64,000 nucleotides of DNA from Octopus vulgaris. Lineage: Eukaryota. The DNA lies in NCBI GenBank assembly GCA_951406725.2, contig OX597832.1, positions 17,732,001-17,796,000 on the forward strand. Reading direction: 5' to 3'. This document shows, in pieces, positions 14,173-29,561 of this stretch. The number at the start of each line of letters is the position of its first letter. The first letter of the stretch is position 1. The position numbers were made by a program, and so were the translations under genes. The notes under the pieces were generated by a model. That model was given only the letters and a program-made list of their open reading frames with translations. It searched no databases and had not been told where the DNA came from.

Positions 14173-14523
14173 ATTTTCTGGTGATATTTAAAACCTCATT
14201 TAAGCCTTGAAATGTTTATAGCCACATATGTATATGTGTGTATGTATGTGTGTTTGTGTGTATGTGTGTGTGTTTGTGTGTCTGTATTTGTCCTTCCACC
14301 ATCGCTTGACAACCAATGCTAGTTAGTTAGTTTTCGATTTCGTAACACACAACTGTAAAGATCTTTCATGCATAAGATAATGCTGAAACAATTATCTGTA
14401 ATATTGGATAATATGCTTTGATTACATGAAGCACTATTGTTCTACTTGTAGCAGTAGCAACAGCAGTGGTAGTGGCAGTAGCAGTAGTAAAATTAGCAGC
14501 AGCAGCAGCAGTAGTAGTAGTAG

Positions 14524-14554
<31 letters not shown>

Positions 14555-14836
14555 AGCAGTGTTTTTGGTGGTGGTTATTCACGAAGCATTGGATCGTTTT
14601 AAAAGTATATCGATATAAGTGTATGTGTGTGGTGTTAAATTCAAATTACGATGAACGTAAACAAACAAACGAAGTCTGCTTTAGAAGCGTTGAGATGTCT
14701 TAGAAAGTTAAAGAAATGATTTTAAATTCTCAAACACAGGATAATGCTAATAAAATAGCCCGAACAGGATAAGCTACCCCTATTTTGCAGAAAAAAGTGT
14801 ATATATATGCATACATATATATATATTTATACCTAC

Positions 14837-14895
<59 letters not shown>

Positions 14896-14923
14896 CATAT
14901 ATATATATACACACACACATATA

Positions 14924-15318
14924 TCTTTATATATAAAAGTAAGGTTGTGTGCTGTCTGTCTCCTACGATTTAGATTCCTAGCTACTCCCACATTTTGCGG
15001 TGCAGTTTAACCAAAACCGGGTATCTTATAGTCGTGATTCATATCGACCCCTTCTGGTTATTAGCGCGCGTCTACGATGAGTCTACGATTTAAAAAAAAA
15101 ATTACCATCAATTTTTCCCATTTTAATGCGTTTTTGGCATATATAAGGGAAGTAACTCTCTAAAAATTATTATTAAATCTCAGAACGTAAAAAGCTACAG
15201 TAACGCCCCCCCCCTTTGTGGTTAACCATATTGAGATGGCTATTATACTTTACATCTCTAAAAATGCTTATATAGTTATTTCCCTTACAACCCCGAGCAA
15301 CGCCGGGCAATACTGCTA

Positions 15319-15319
<1 letters not shown>
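14924..15319 (+). mobile_element. Non-autonomous Helitron (~396 bp)
   Basis: 5' TC (tctttatatataaaag), 3' hairpin cccg-agcaacgc-cggg then caatactgCTAG, inserted between A(14923) and T(15320) with no TSD. Confidence 0.85.
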
Positions 15320-15369
<50 letters not shown>

Positions 15370-15759
15370 TGTATATATATATATATATATATGCATACAT
15401 ATTCGTCTCTATATATATATTACTATATTATTTTCCTTCATACCATTCTTTTTCTCCGTCGCCTTCTCATGATGATAATGAAATTAATGACGATACTGCT
15501 GCTACTGATGATGATGATGATGAAAATGAGGACGAGGATGGTGAGGATAATGATGATGGTGATGGTGGTGGCACTGGTTCGATGTTATTGGAGAGGTTGT
15601 GGAAACGTTTGCTTAATGTGATGATGTTCTTCCCTCTTTATCGTCAGGAACATTTCGCCATCACCGCTAATATCAACACAACCATGGTTATTAGTATCGA
15701 ATTCTTCGTTATCCTTTTCCTGATTCTCCTCATAATTCTCCTTCTACGTGTTGTTGCTA

Positions 15760-16722
<963 letters not shown>

Positions 16723-17834
16723 ATCGTTCTTAGTATTCATATTAGCAGTAGTTATATATTTATTTTTCTTGCTTTAATTTTTTTCTTTCTTTTTATCCGA
16801 TCAAATGTTTTTTTGCACATTATTTTTTTTCATTTCGCTTTTTATTTTATTTTTTTGGTGTTTTGTTTCCACTTTTTAATACTGTGGTCGTCAAGAGGAA
16901 ATTATGTGGAAAAAATCGCTGAATATGGTGTACAATTATGTTTTATTGCCATTGTTAGCCTTTTCTATGTTCACCTAAGCAATTTCCTCTATGTCCCAGA
17001 TCTCTGTACGCAATCGAAATAATCATGGGCGTAATTGATGCACCGCAAGTACCCCCGAAATCCGACCTCAAAAAAAAAAGAAAGAAAAAGAAAGAAAATG
17101 AAAGAAAGAGAAAAATAAGGAAGTAAATAAGAGATGGAAAATGGAGAAGAGTAAAGAATAAAAAACGAAAACATTAAATAAATATAATTCTTTAAGAAAA
17201 ATTATAAAAACGGCAATGGAATATAATACCCGACTTGTACCCCCCGAAAGTAGCTAAAAACCCTTCCTAAATTATCAAAATACGAAAATAAAATAACAGA
17301 AATGCATACATACATACAGTAATACATACGCACTTACCTGACTACATACACATATACATGCATGCATGCATGCATACATGCATACGTACATGAATACATA
17401 CAGATTTAGACGATGGCTGTTAAAAGTAAATTCTCTCCTTCATCTCCTTGTTACCAAATATGTGGCCGGTCAAAATTTACACTAATTCAAAAAGAGAAAT
17501 TAACATACGTGCATACGTACATACATATATACGTACGTACATACATATATACGTACGTACATACATGCACACACGCGCGCGCAGACAAACCTCTGCAATG
17601 TGACTTACACAATATTTCATATCTTTTTATATTTATTTGTTGGGTTATTTGGGGTCAGTTGTAAGTAGTGTTGAAGGGCAAAATGTGACAGGATGTAACT
17701 AAGAGAGGCAGGTGAAGTTTTGAAATATGCATAGTCGCGAAGAAAGATTGATTGATTGATTGATTCATTCATTCATTGAGTGAGTGAGTGCTGGCTGGCT
17801 GGTTGGCTGGTTGGATGGATGGATGGTCTTACAA

Positions 17835-18437
17835 GGAGTTTTGTTGGTCTCTCGCTCAACTGCTCTCTACAAAATAATCAAGGTGGTTGCAGTCTGCGGA
17901 TTAAAGTGCTCAGATGTTAGAGGTGATGTGGTCGCAAAAATGGTGTGACTGTGATGACTGCATCCTCCTGCTTGAGTGGCTTGGCGCAGAGTCTTGTTGT
18001 CCGACACAGTGTCTTCCACCAGCCACCCTCTTGATACAGGGCAGCACAACTTTTTCCAGGCACTTGATGTAGGCTTCCGTGTTAAGTCTGAGGCCGTGCG
18101 CGAAGTTGAATGGAGGAATAACGTCGCTATCATTAGTGATCACTCCAAGCACCATGATGTTGACATGATGTTTGATTTTTATCGTTCTCGGTACATGTCC
18201 TCAGACTGACACCTAAACACTCTGAAATGTTTCTGCTGGAGTTTCCGGTGCGAATACCAAGCAATATATGACGTCTCAATATTTCTGGTAGAGTGAATTT
18301 TGTTATGGTGCTGTTTTTCTCACAGACTGTGTCCAACTAATTCCTCTATATTCTGTAGTCGACAAAATGAAAAATAAACAATGCGAATACGTGAAATAAA
18401 AAATATGAAATGTCGACAATTTACCCATCGAACCCTG
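17835..18437 (-). mobile_element. Decayed, internally deleted Tc1/mariner-superfamily (maT/DD37D-like) transposon
   Basis: Terminal TA|CAGGGTTCGATGGGTAAATTG at 18437. HTH-like ILLGIRTGNSSRNISECLGVSLRT; catalytic region MVLGVITNDSDVIPPFNFAHGLRLNTEAYIKCLEKVVLPCIKRVAGGRHCVGQQDSAPSH. Other TIR not found. Confidence 0.8.
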
Positions 18438-18698
18438 TATATATATATATATATATATACCAAAAAATAAGCAACAAGAATGGATCCGGTAATTTAGTAC
18501 AATTGTTTCATTCTATAACAATTTATTAAAGCTGCAAATATAATATGTCAAGTAATCTTCAGCTAATTTCATATAGGTTTTCCAATAATGTAAAGTTCTC
18601 AAATCAATTAGTAACATCTTAGAGAGTGTAAATATACCGATAAAGTTGTAGATGTGAGTTTCAGGAACTAGAAGTAATATGCCAAGTAAACCAAGATT

Positions 18699-18753
<55 letters not shown>

Positions 18754-19539
18754 AGCGTTTTGTGAAACTTTTGACATTTTTCGTTTTTTTTATTTGTTTT
18801 TCATGAACACCAAGATCTATTGATGAAGAGTCTGCAGCATTGATCTATAGAGATTATAGTTGTAGTTGGGAACTAGTTGGCTGACATGGAGTCTAAAAGC
18901 CATTTGAATATTGAGAAAAAGCCACCTGTATAATGAGGTTTCGCGTCGGATATCAAAATAATTGTTTATTTTCATTTTATGCAATCTGTCAAATCTAGCC
19001 TGACCTCGCAGTATGTATATATGTATCTATATTTATATATATTAGCTGGACCCGTGAAAAATTCGCGTGAAGTATAAAATATGTAAGCATCTGTAAACAG
19101 ATATGTTTGTATATTATGACCATCTGTCAATGCGTTTTGATTTCATATTCTGCTGATATCGACTTTGCATTTCGTCCTTTCGGGATCGATGAATTAAGTA
19201 TGATTTGCATACTTTCGTCGATTAATCAATTGGCCTCCTCTCACAAAATATTCGGGCCTACAAATGTATATTGTGACAGTTACAGAATATAAAATGTACA
19301 GTAACAGCAGCGATTGTATAATTCAAACAAAATATCTTAGTTACACAAACGTAAACGGAATTACTATTTAACCTTAAAATACAATGCAAAAGAACGAAAT
19401 AATAAACGGATTCATGAATGAAACTTTGTTAATGGCGTTTATTTCCACCACGTGATACTTATTTTTGTAAACATATTTTAAATAACTTAAACTATACACA
19501 CATACATTCATACATATATATGTCATATCTCTTGAGTTG

Positions 19540-19660
19540 TAGCTGTAATTCAACAGGGCCAGCCTTGTCATATTCTGTGTGAGGCTGAATCTACCTGAGA
19601 ATTACGTTGAGGTTGTGCATGTATGTGGAGTTCTTAGCCATTTGTGAGTTAATTTTATCC
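19540..19660 (+). mobile_element. Degenerate tail fragment of the family C SINE
   Basis: agggccagccttgtcatattctgtgtgaggctgaat...gagaattacgttgagg resembles 44275-44380. Confidence 0.6.
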
Positions 19661-20358
19661 TCGTACGGTAAGGAAAATTGAAATTGACATCAAATATTTG
19701 TTGTGTGTATGCATCTACATATGAACTTTTCTTTGGATTTATGTATCTAGTGTCTCTCTCAATTTCTCTCTTCTGTTTCACTTCCTTTGTGTCTCTCTTC
19801 TCTCCCGCTTTTAATTTTACAATGTGTATATGTATTGATGTGTCTACTTCTCTTGCGATATGATAAACATTTAAAAACACAAAACGAACGCCGTCACCAC
19901 TCACTGTTTCTTTCACTACTCTCTCTTTCACTACTCTCTCTCTCTCTCTCACTCCCTCACTTTCTGTCTCAATCTCCCTTTCTCTTTTACACACACACTC
20001 TCTCTCTCACTCTTACTTCCTCTCTGTCCTCCTCTCTCTCACTTCGCGACTTCTTTGAAGTAAGTGTGACGCACACAACAGGTACGTACAAGAACAAAAA
20101 GTTAGCGTCTTAATATTACTGATATGTATACTTGTATTCTTTTACAAATTTCCAGTCTAAGGCTGTAGCCATGTTGGGGTACTACCAGGGTATTCACTTC
20201 TTTAATGGTCAATACTCTGTGACTGGCTTTTGGTGAAGGAAGGTATTCGATATTGCAGACGCTATTTTAATATCTTGCCTTAAAATTGGCTCATCTAGGA
20301 CAAAAAATACGAAACTCACACACACACACATACATATGTATTCATGCACATTAATACA

Positions 20359-20497
<139 letters not shown>

Positions 20498-20550
20498 AGA
20501 TATAGATATATACATATGTGTAAAAGAATAAAAGAAATATATACAAATAT

Positions 20551-20865
20551 ACCAGCATGATCACCGTGATCGACCAGGCTATCAGATGTTACTACACATC
20601 GTTGGTCACAATACGCTTCGCACTGTTTTAGCCTTCATATGACGCCACCCCGCTGGCTAAGCGAGCAGGCAAACAGAAGAAAGAGTGAGAGAAAGTTGTA
20701 CAAGCGAAAGAGTACAGCAGGGATCGCCACCATCTCCTGCCGGAGCCTCGTGGAACTTTACGTGTTTTCGCTCAAGAAACACTCAGAACGCCCGGTCTGG
20801 GAATCGAAACCGCGATCCTACAACCGCGATTTCGCTGCCCTAACCACTGGGCCATTGTGTCACCA
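20551..20865 (-). mobile_element. Family C SINE with a distinct tail
   Basis: Head tggcccagtggttagggcagcg...ggtttcgattcccagaccgggcg. After actttctctcactcttt the tail is cttctgtttgcctgctcgcttagccagcgggtggcgtc...gatcacggtgatcatg, unlike the other copies. Confidence 0.85.
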
Positions 20866-20872
20866 TATATAC

Positions 20873-20944
<72 letters not shown>

Positions 20945-21285
20945 GTGTGTGTGTGTGTGAGTGTATGTGTGTTCAAACACACACACCACATATACATCAC
21001 ACAAATACACACACACAAATATATATATACATCTCTCTCTGTATTGATATAAGCGTTTACGTGCTTATATAGGTACATGAAAAGTGATGTATATGCATTA
21101 TATGCATGTTTATATAGAGTTATATTTAATGATTATTTACAATCAAATTACAATATATGTATTGGACATCAATATGTATCTCATCACGTCTTTTTTTAAA
21201 TAAATCATGTTAGATAGCACGCAACCTGCTTCCTCTCTCTCGCAGTATCCATACATATATACATACATACATACACACGCATACG

Positions 21286-21323
<38 letters not shown>

Positions 21324-21549
21324 CGTGTGTGTGTACATATATACAAATGTGTGTGTATGTATCTATGTGCGCAGGTATGTTCGTGCGACTGTATATGCAC
21401 AGTCACATACACACATAGACACACATAGACAAACTCATATATGTATATGTATATGTACGTATACATGTGTGAGTGTTTATTTATTTATTAAAAAATATAT
21501 ACATACACACATATATATATATACATATAAACGTATGTTTATATATGTC

Positions 21550-21597
<48 letters not shown>

Positions 21598-21679
21598 AAG
21601 AAAAATATATGTATATACACACACATACATATATAGATTTGCATACATATATACATACGTATATATATATATATATATG

Positions 21680-21732
<53 letters not shown>

Positions 21733-22044
21733 ACATATGTATATACACACACGTATGTGTCTATATGTAAACAGATATGCGTGTGTGTTTGTGCGTGTGT
21801 GCAATTGTTGTGGAGTCCCGACGTGTCCCGTGGTGTATGTTTTCGATAATTAGCGATAAATAATACGCTGAAGTAATGCCAGCCTGACCGTAGTTCAACT
21901 ACTATAAACCAGGTATATGCACAGAGGCACGCGAGTACGCTTATGAAAACGAATATATGAATATAAGCCCTTCTGTATAATATACGTCATGCGTAATATA
22001 CTTGCATATATACCTACACATACAGACACGGACAGATAAATATG

Positions 22045-22114
<70 letters not shown>

Positions 22115-22705
22115 TATATATATATATACATATATATGTCTGTGTGTGAATGCTCTATTCTTGCATTTCGATTTGTATTAGTGTATGTGTGCTGGTGTGT
22201 GTGGGTTTTTGTTTATATGGGTGAGCATGCGTATGAGCTAGTGCGTTTGTGTGTTCGCGTGGACGTGTGTCGATGTCGGTTTTGTGTTAACGTGTGCAGC
22301 GCCGTCTGATCGTTTGTGCAGAATTGATATTTTTATATCGAAACAGCATATAGATTGATATATTTATATAGATTCATATTGTCACATGTATTTTTATCAC
22401 GTATCTGACGCACTGTTTACAGGGAAAGCAGCGATGTCATAAAAATACAGCTACGTGGCTATGAATGTAATTAGGTAAATGATTTTTCAATTGTAAATAC
22501 TTCACAGATATATTCACGCATTGATTGAAACCCAAGCTATTTGTTTTCCCTATAGAATGATTCTTCAATTAAAACACTGAAGTATACACATGTACATATA
22601 AACACACATCAGAATACTTGATGAGACTGACATCTCACGCGCGCATCAGAAACAATCTATGAACTGATGTACCAATATTTAGCTGTCTATGTGCATTCCT
22701 GTATG

Positions 22706-22746
<41 letters not shown>

Positions 22747-23035
22747 CACACACATACATGTATATATATATATATACATGTACATATCTGCAAAAGCACA
22801 CAAACATATTCTCATAGACGCAGGTGCACAACACACACACACACACGCTCATATATATATACACATATTCATGTATATATACCTATATACATATCTAAAT
22901 CTACGCGCATATACATGTACTAAAGTATATTTCTATACTTACATATACACATAAACAAATTTCAAATATATGTGTACATTTATATGTATTCTATATATAT
23001 ATATATATATATATGATATAGGGTATGAGTATATA

Positions 23036-23480
<445 letters not shown>

Positions 23481-23805
23481 CCCACAGGAGCACTCACGCG
23501 CAACCTCTCATACATAAAAAGATACCACCGTCATACATATACATATATACATTTATATGTTCAAACATTGATAATTATGTTTAGACGCATACATATACTT
23601 GAAGAACAAAGATGTCACTGAAAGCTTTTATGTCTCCCTATGTTTTGCGTGAATCATATTTGGCATGCATTAAAATATCAATTAATTTTTCTTTTTAAAT
23701 TTGATCTTATAATTGATATTTTGATAACACTCACCGTATTCCTCTAGTTTGATCACAAATTTTCTCACCCTTCCCAGGCCTGTATACACAGCTATAACCT
23801 ATAAA

Positions 23806-24208
23806 TTACTCTTTTACTCTTTTACTTGTTTCAGTCATTTGACTGCGGCCTTGCTGAAGTACCGCATTTAGTCGAGCAAATCGACACCAGGCCTTATTCT
23901 TAGTAAGCCTAGTACTTATTCTATCGGTCTATTTTCCGAACTGCTAAGTTACGGGAACGTAAACACACCTGCATCGGTTGTCAAACGATGTTGGGGGGGA
24001 AAATCGCAGACACACAAACACACACACACATATATACATGTATACGACGGGCTTCTTTCGGTTTCCGTCTACCAAATCTGCTCACAATGCTTTGGTCGGC
24101 CTGAGGGTATAGTAGAAGACACTTGTCCAAGGTACCATGCAGTGGGACTGGACTCTGAACCATGTGGTTCGTAAGCAAGCTACTTACCACACAGCCACTC
24201 CTACGTCT
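23806..24208 (-). mobile_element. Family B (CORE-like) tRNA-derived SINE, full length
   Basis: Head gtggctgtgtggtaagtagcttg, CORE-like ccttggacaagtgtcttctac, internal (TG)n, tail tgactgaaacaagtaaaaagagtaaaagag. Confidence 0.9.
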
Positions 24209-24231
24209 ATATATTTAGAGGAAGGATACAA

Positions 24232-24398
24232 GTCGATCACATGGATCCCCACTGTGTCACTGGTACTTCATTTATCGACTTCCGAGAGAATAAATGGCAA
24301 AGTCGAACACAGTGGAATTTGAACTCAGAACGTGCGGACGGACATACCGCTAAGCATTCTGCTCAGCGTGCTATTGATTCAGCCAGCTCTCCGCCTTG
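24232..24398 (-). mobile_element. Family A SINE, degenerate
   Basis: ctggtacttcatttatcgac...ggcaaagtcgaac...ggaatttgaactcagaacgt...gccagctctccgcctt. Confidence 0.75.
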
Positions 24399-25235
24399 TA
24401 AATGAAATCTATGATTTTCGGGTGTATATAAGTGCACACAGCGGAATTTCCGGATAATGTTAACATCTAAGAAAATTTGGAGCTATGGCAAAATTCCGGG
24501 AGATTTTTATAACATTAAATACGTCTTGGACCGTATACTGTAGGTAATATCAAGAACTTCGTTTCCATTAATAGATGATTCGACCACAAGTGTTGCCTGA
24601 ATTTTATACGAATTTCTTAAAAGTTAAGGAAGAATGCTCAACATCCCATATAAATTTTCGCGTAGATTTTGTTGATGGAGAATGCAAAGTGTACGAGTCG
24701 GCCTCAATGAACGTACGTAATATAAAGCTTGAAAATTAGTCGCTTTCAGACCACACTAGTCGCCTGAGTTCATGCATTTTATTCAGAAATGCATTGAGAT
24801 TTTAAGTCTTCTATTTCTGTTAAGATATATGCTTCGATTCGAAAATGAAACGAGAGCATTAATTCAAGAACAACGTCAGGAAAAAACCGTTTAGGAATTT
24901 CTCAATTTTCAATAAAGCATTAACTGGAAAAATATTGTACCGAAGTAGCAAATACTCAAAATGTATAATCAAGTACAGTCACACATGTATCTGCGAGTTC
25001 GTGCATGCGCGTTTTTGCTTCGTGAGGAAGTCACGCATGCGTAAATAATATCGAGCTATTCAGTTGAAACACAGGCAAAAAGAAAAAAAAGTGACTAAGA
25101 CAGCCGATAGCAAGACGTCGCCGTTTGTTGAGCATTCGTAAGAAGTGATGTACATGCAAATTTACGTCACTGAAATTACTTTATATTCAGATGTTAAATG
25201 AATCAAGTAGAGATTGGTTAGAATAAAGAGACTAT

Positions 25236-25621
25236 TAGAAGCACTCCGTCGGTTACGACGACGAGGGTTCCGGTTGATCCGAATCAACGGAACAGCCTGC
25301 TCGTGAAATTAACGTGTAAGTGGCTGAGCACTCCACAGACACGTGTACCCTTAACGTAGTTCTCGGGAATATTCAGCGTGACACAGAGAGTGACAAGGCC
25401 GGCCCCTTGAAATACAGGTACAACAGAAACAGGAAGTAAGAGTGTGAGAAAGTTGTGGTGAAAGAGTACAGCAGGGATCACCACTATCCTCTGCCGAAGC
25501 CTCATGGAGCTTTTAGGTGTTATCGCTCAATAAACACTCACAACGCCCGGTCTGGGAATCGAAACCGCGATCCTATGACCGCGAGTCCGCTGCCCTAACC
25601 ACTGGGCCATTGCACCTCCAC
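25236..25621 (-). mobile_element. Family C SINE, full length (tRNA-Arg-like head)
   Basis: Near-identical to 44064-44454. TSD taaagagactat (25224-25235) / taaagtgactat (25622-25633), 11 of 12 matching. Confidence 0.92.
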
Positions 25622-25655
25622 TAAAGTGACTATATATAGTTAGTGTATAATATAT

Positions 25656-25888
25656 ATTTCTTCTCTACCCACAAGAGGCTAAACACAGAGGGGACAAACA
25701 AGAACAGACAAAGGGATTAAGTTGGTTACATCGACCGCAGTGATTAACTGGTACTTAATTTATCGACCCCGAAAGGATGAAAGGCAAAGTCGACCTCGGC
25801 GGAATTTGAACTCGGAACGTAACGACAGACGAAATACGGCTACGCATCTCGCCCGGCGTGCTAACGTTTCTGCCAGCTCACCGCCTTA
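25656..25888 (-). mobile_element. Family A SINE, near full length
   Basis: Core gaccccgaaaggatgaaaggcaaagtcgacctcggcggaatttgaactc; flanked by ttagtgtataatata / ttagtttataatata. Confidence 0.9.
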
Positions 25889-25903
25889 TTAGTTTATAAT
25901 ATA

Positions 25904-26273
25904 CTAGCAGTATCGCCCGGCGTTGCTCAGGTTTGTAAGGGAAATAACTATAAAGCATTTTTAGAGAGTTATAGTCAAAAAATAGCAAAAAAATGGAATA
26001 AAATGATGGTAAATTTTTTTTTGAGATTTAAAAAAAGGTGGAGTTTGTGGTTTGTGTTTCTGATTCTCGACCCCATGTCGAATTTATCGATTTTTTTTCA
26101 GAACTGGGGGAACTTTTCAAAATTTTCGCTGCGTTAGTTTTGAATTATGACATTGGGCTATGTGTGTGTCAACTTTCATCAGAATCGGTTGAAAGCCGTG
26201 GTCAGGGTGAGGGTACAAGCAAACAGACACACAGAAACACGCACAGACAAACTGCCGTTTATATATAGAGAGA
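25904..26273 (-). mobile_element. Non-autonomous Helitron (~370 bp); 3' end shared with 14924-15319, different 5' part
   Basis: Plus strand a|CTAGcagtatcgcccggcgttgctc...gtaagggaaataactata matches the 3' end of the first Helitron. Other end ...tatatatagagaGA|t gives a 5' TC on the minus strand. Confidence 0.82.
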
Positions 26274-26324
26274 TTATAATAAGAGAAACAATCCTACATA
26301 GTTAGTGTATAATATATAGAGTGC

Positions 26325-26575
26325 TAAGGGGTTAGAGCATCGGGGTCAGAGGTTACAGCAACGGGCTCATATTCGGACCGGAGTGTGCGTTGTGTTCTGG
26401 AGAAAGACTCTTTATTTCACATTACTTAAGTTCACTCAACTGTATGCGTTGTGTGTGAGTTGTGACGTCACTTGTGCCAAGATATATTAGACTTTGTCTC
26501 TACTTGTGGCACGGAGGCAAATTTTCCAGATGCAATCCCATGGTCATTCGTAACCAAAAGGAATTCGTTATATAA
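26325..26575 (+). mobile_element. Old, internally deleted copy of the family D SINE
   Basis: gttgtgttctggagaaagactctttatttcac...gttcactcaactgta...gacgtcacttgtgccaag...cccatggtca parallels 27955-28302. Confidence 0.7.
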
Positions 26576-26619
26576 CTATTGAAACCTTTGCTCCCGATGG
26601 AGCAAAGACGATCGACGAC

Positions 26620-27090
26620 TTTTACCTGCCGTTCTCGACTTGAGCTGGCTTTTCTGCTTCTGTTGAATAGAATCGTTGCTTTTTCAGCTCTGCCTCATTA
26701 TCATGAATACAAACAGTTTCAGTACATCTTGTGTTCTGGTATTCTTGTCGGTTCTATTTTCTATTCTGATATGCAATGTAGGATGTTGTTTAATTCCGCG
26801 AATTGTACAGTACCATGTCCTATTTTCTCTGATGGCAAGTCTTCCCCTCTCAGGTCTAGTTGGTTTTGGATTGTCACCAATGCTTCTATAAATTTATGTT
26901 CTGCGAACAGGTGCTGAGCCTATATGAACATATTTTTTCCTCAGGGGAGAGTTGGCCCATATTAGTCTGGCCTCTATCCTCTGAACTGTCACGCATGGGA
27001 TGCACTAGTAGTAGCTCGCCCGCCGTTGCCATAGCTCCAACGGTCAGTGAGACATATGATGCTTCCACACTGCAATAAGGACTGGACATT
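26620..27090 (-). mobile_element. Possible decayed RTE-type LINE 5' region (AP endonuclease start)
   Basis: Frameshifted minus-strand peptides KIG(T)W-like, ELNNILH, KIEPTRIPEH and ATILFNR resemble the APE N-terminus IGTWNV...KL.NI..E...KIDILGIAE. Weak. Confidence 0.4.
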
Positions 27091-27193
27091 GAGGTGAAAA
27101 CTGTGTATATGTTTATTATTAAATAAATTAAATAACAAATATGTATGCCCAACAGACCACCAATCAGTAGAACTGAAATATATATAAAATTTT

Positions 27194-27645
27194 AGGTGCA
27201 AGCGTGACTCTGTGGGAAAAAGCTTGCTTCCAACAACGTGGGTTCCGGTTCAGTCAGGTTTCGTGACACTTTGGGCAACGGTCATCTACTATAACCTCGG
27301 GCCGACCAAAACCTTCTAATTGGATTTGCTACACGGACGGAAAGTGAAAGACGACTGTCGTATATATATATATGTGCATGTGTGTGGTGTGTGTGTGTGT
27401 GTGTGTGTGTATGCGTGCGTCTTTGTGTCAGTGTTTGTCCATCCTCCACCACCATTTGACAACCGGTGTTGGTGTGTTTCTATCCCTGTAACTTAGCGAT
27501 TCGACATAAATTGACGATAGAATAAGAACCAGGCTTGAAAAAATTAGCTCTGGGGTTGATTCATTCGACTAAAAAGTTCAAGGGCTACCCCAGTATGGCC
27601 GCTGTCTTATTATGACTAAAACAAATAAAATATATAAGATAAAAG
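27194..27645 (+). mobile_element. Family B SINE, full length, diverged
   Basis: Head, CORE-like acactttgggcaac, (TG)n, ttgacaaccggtgttggtgtgttt...aacttagcg, tail atgactaaaacaaataaaa. Confidence 0.85.
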
Positions 27646-27954
27646 TATTTAAAGGTTTTGAACCATGAAACGAATTTTTCAAAAGACGCATGTCTTTTAC
27701 TTTCCATGTGGAGAGGATAGTCATGACAGTTTCTGACAGAGCATTTTCACACATTGTTTACAGCTCGTCAGAGTAAACATATACTCATTTCTGAAACATA
27801 CATGATATGTTTTTTATATAGAGTTTCTATATAACACATAGAAGTTGAGCCAGAATTAAGTGGGTGCCGTATTGAAGATGTTAATCAGAAAATGTGTGAT
27901 TTTCCCCTACTCGTCTTTGAAATATATATTTATGCACAACGTACAGAATATTTG

Positions 27955-28302
27955 TGAAGGCGCGTGGCTCAGTGGTTAGAGTGTCGAGCTTACGATCGTG
28001 AGGTTGTGAGCTCGAATCCCGGACCGGGCTGCGTGTTGTGTTCTTGAGCAAGACACTTTATTTCACGTTGCTCCAGTTCACTCAGCTGTAGAAATGAGTT
28101 GCGACGTCACAGGTGCCAAGCTGTATCGGCCCTTGCCTTTCCCTTGGACAACATCGGTGACGTGGAGAGGGGAAGCCGGTATGCATGGGCGACTGCTGGT
28201 CTTCCATAAAGCAACCTTACCCAGACTTGTGCCTCAGAGGGTAACTCTCTTGGTGCAAAACCCATGGTCAGTGTCTGACCGAAGGGGGTCACTACCACCA
28301 TC
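27955..28302 (+). mobile_element. tRNA-derived SINE, family D (CORE-like centre)
   Basis: A box tggctcagtggttag, B-box-like gctcgaatccc, gtgttcttgagcaagacactt...ttgctccagttcactcagctg. Perfect 12-bp TSD acagaatatttg at 27943-27954 and 28303-28314. Confidence 0.9.
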
Positions 28303-29304
28303 ACAGAATATTTGAAAGAGTAGACATTTTTGAAAGACTAAAGGAAAATAGGTAACGAGTCCGGCAGAAGTCTGATAAATTCTTTCTTCCCAAATAATAA
28401 ATGCACTTGATATGTATTTATTGACAATTCAAAATTCATCCCACTTTTAAGTTATACTACTAATTTATAACAATAATATGCTGGTAATGTGAATCGAATT
28501 GCTACATTAACACGAAGAGATAAGAATACAAATGTCTTATATTTCAGGGGGACTTCTATATATGATATAGGCTTCGCTTGTATATCAGATGATAAGTGCT
28601 TTGTGATTGCAATAATATTCGGAGAATTATATACACCTGCATGGAATGATTTTATACTTTATTAAAAAACATAAACTTTGATCGCCAACATGTTTCTCTA
28701 AGGGTCGAAAACCAGTACGTATTATAATTTCTCTACTTGACCTGATCCCACATATCGTATTACATCCTTCTTCGAAAATAATTATGCACCAACCCAATAA
28801 TTCTAATGTGTGTATTCTACTCATCTGTGTATATGTCCCAAACTTGTTAAAACGTACTCCCTTTAATTATAATATATTAAATATAGTATTAGGATTATAT
28901 GAAATATGGCTGAGGAGCGGCTAACTCAAAACAAGAATTGACGGTCACTTTCGAAAAAATAATTTGAGTGTAAGGGAAATACCAAACCATTTAACAGAAT
29001 GGTTTTGAAATTATGCCGCGATTCGTCACAATATAATAATGGTAAACACGAAAGTTCATGTAATTTTGACGCTACTGAATATTTAATGACTTGTAAGAAA
29101 TTACCAAACGAAATTTTTCGATTTTAAAATGTCTTGAAAATCTTACAACTGACATTTTTATTTTGACTAACTTTAAAGTTGCACAAAAAAAATGAAAAAA
29201 AAAAATAACAAAAACTCATAAAAGCAAAGTTGATTCTCACAGTTATATTTCAGAGAAACTATAGCAGTCTGTTAGAAACGCACCGAGACTTCGCATATAC
29301 ATAC

Positions 29305-29439
<135 letters not shown>

Positions 29440-29513
29440 CATATATTACATATATATATATATATCTGTATATAAGAGTATGTATGTATGTGTGTGTTTG
29501 TGTGTTTGTGTAC

Positions 29514-29561
<48 letters not shown>

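Noticed and set aside
17049-17249. Repeated gtaccccc(c)gaaa motif ~190 bp apart
   Set aside because: Only two short copies; insufficient to call a regulatory element or TSD.
24430-24900. Possible decayed hAT transposase
   Set aside because: Only vague peptide resemblance, many stops, and no TIR or TSD seen.
25284-25505. Near-identical ORFs at 25284-25505 (-) and 44194-44397 (+)
   Set aside because: Two copies of the same SINE, not a duplicated gene.
27730-27775. Minus-strand CTGACGA...GAAA hammerhead-like spacing
   Set aside because: No convincing stem II or stem III.
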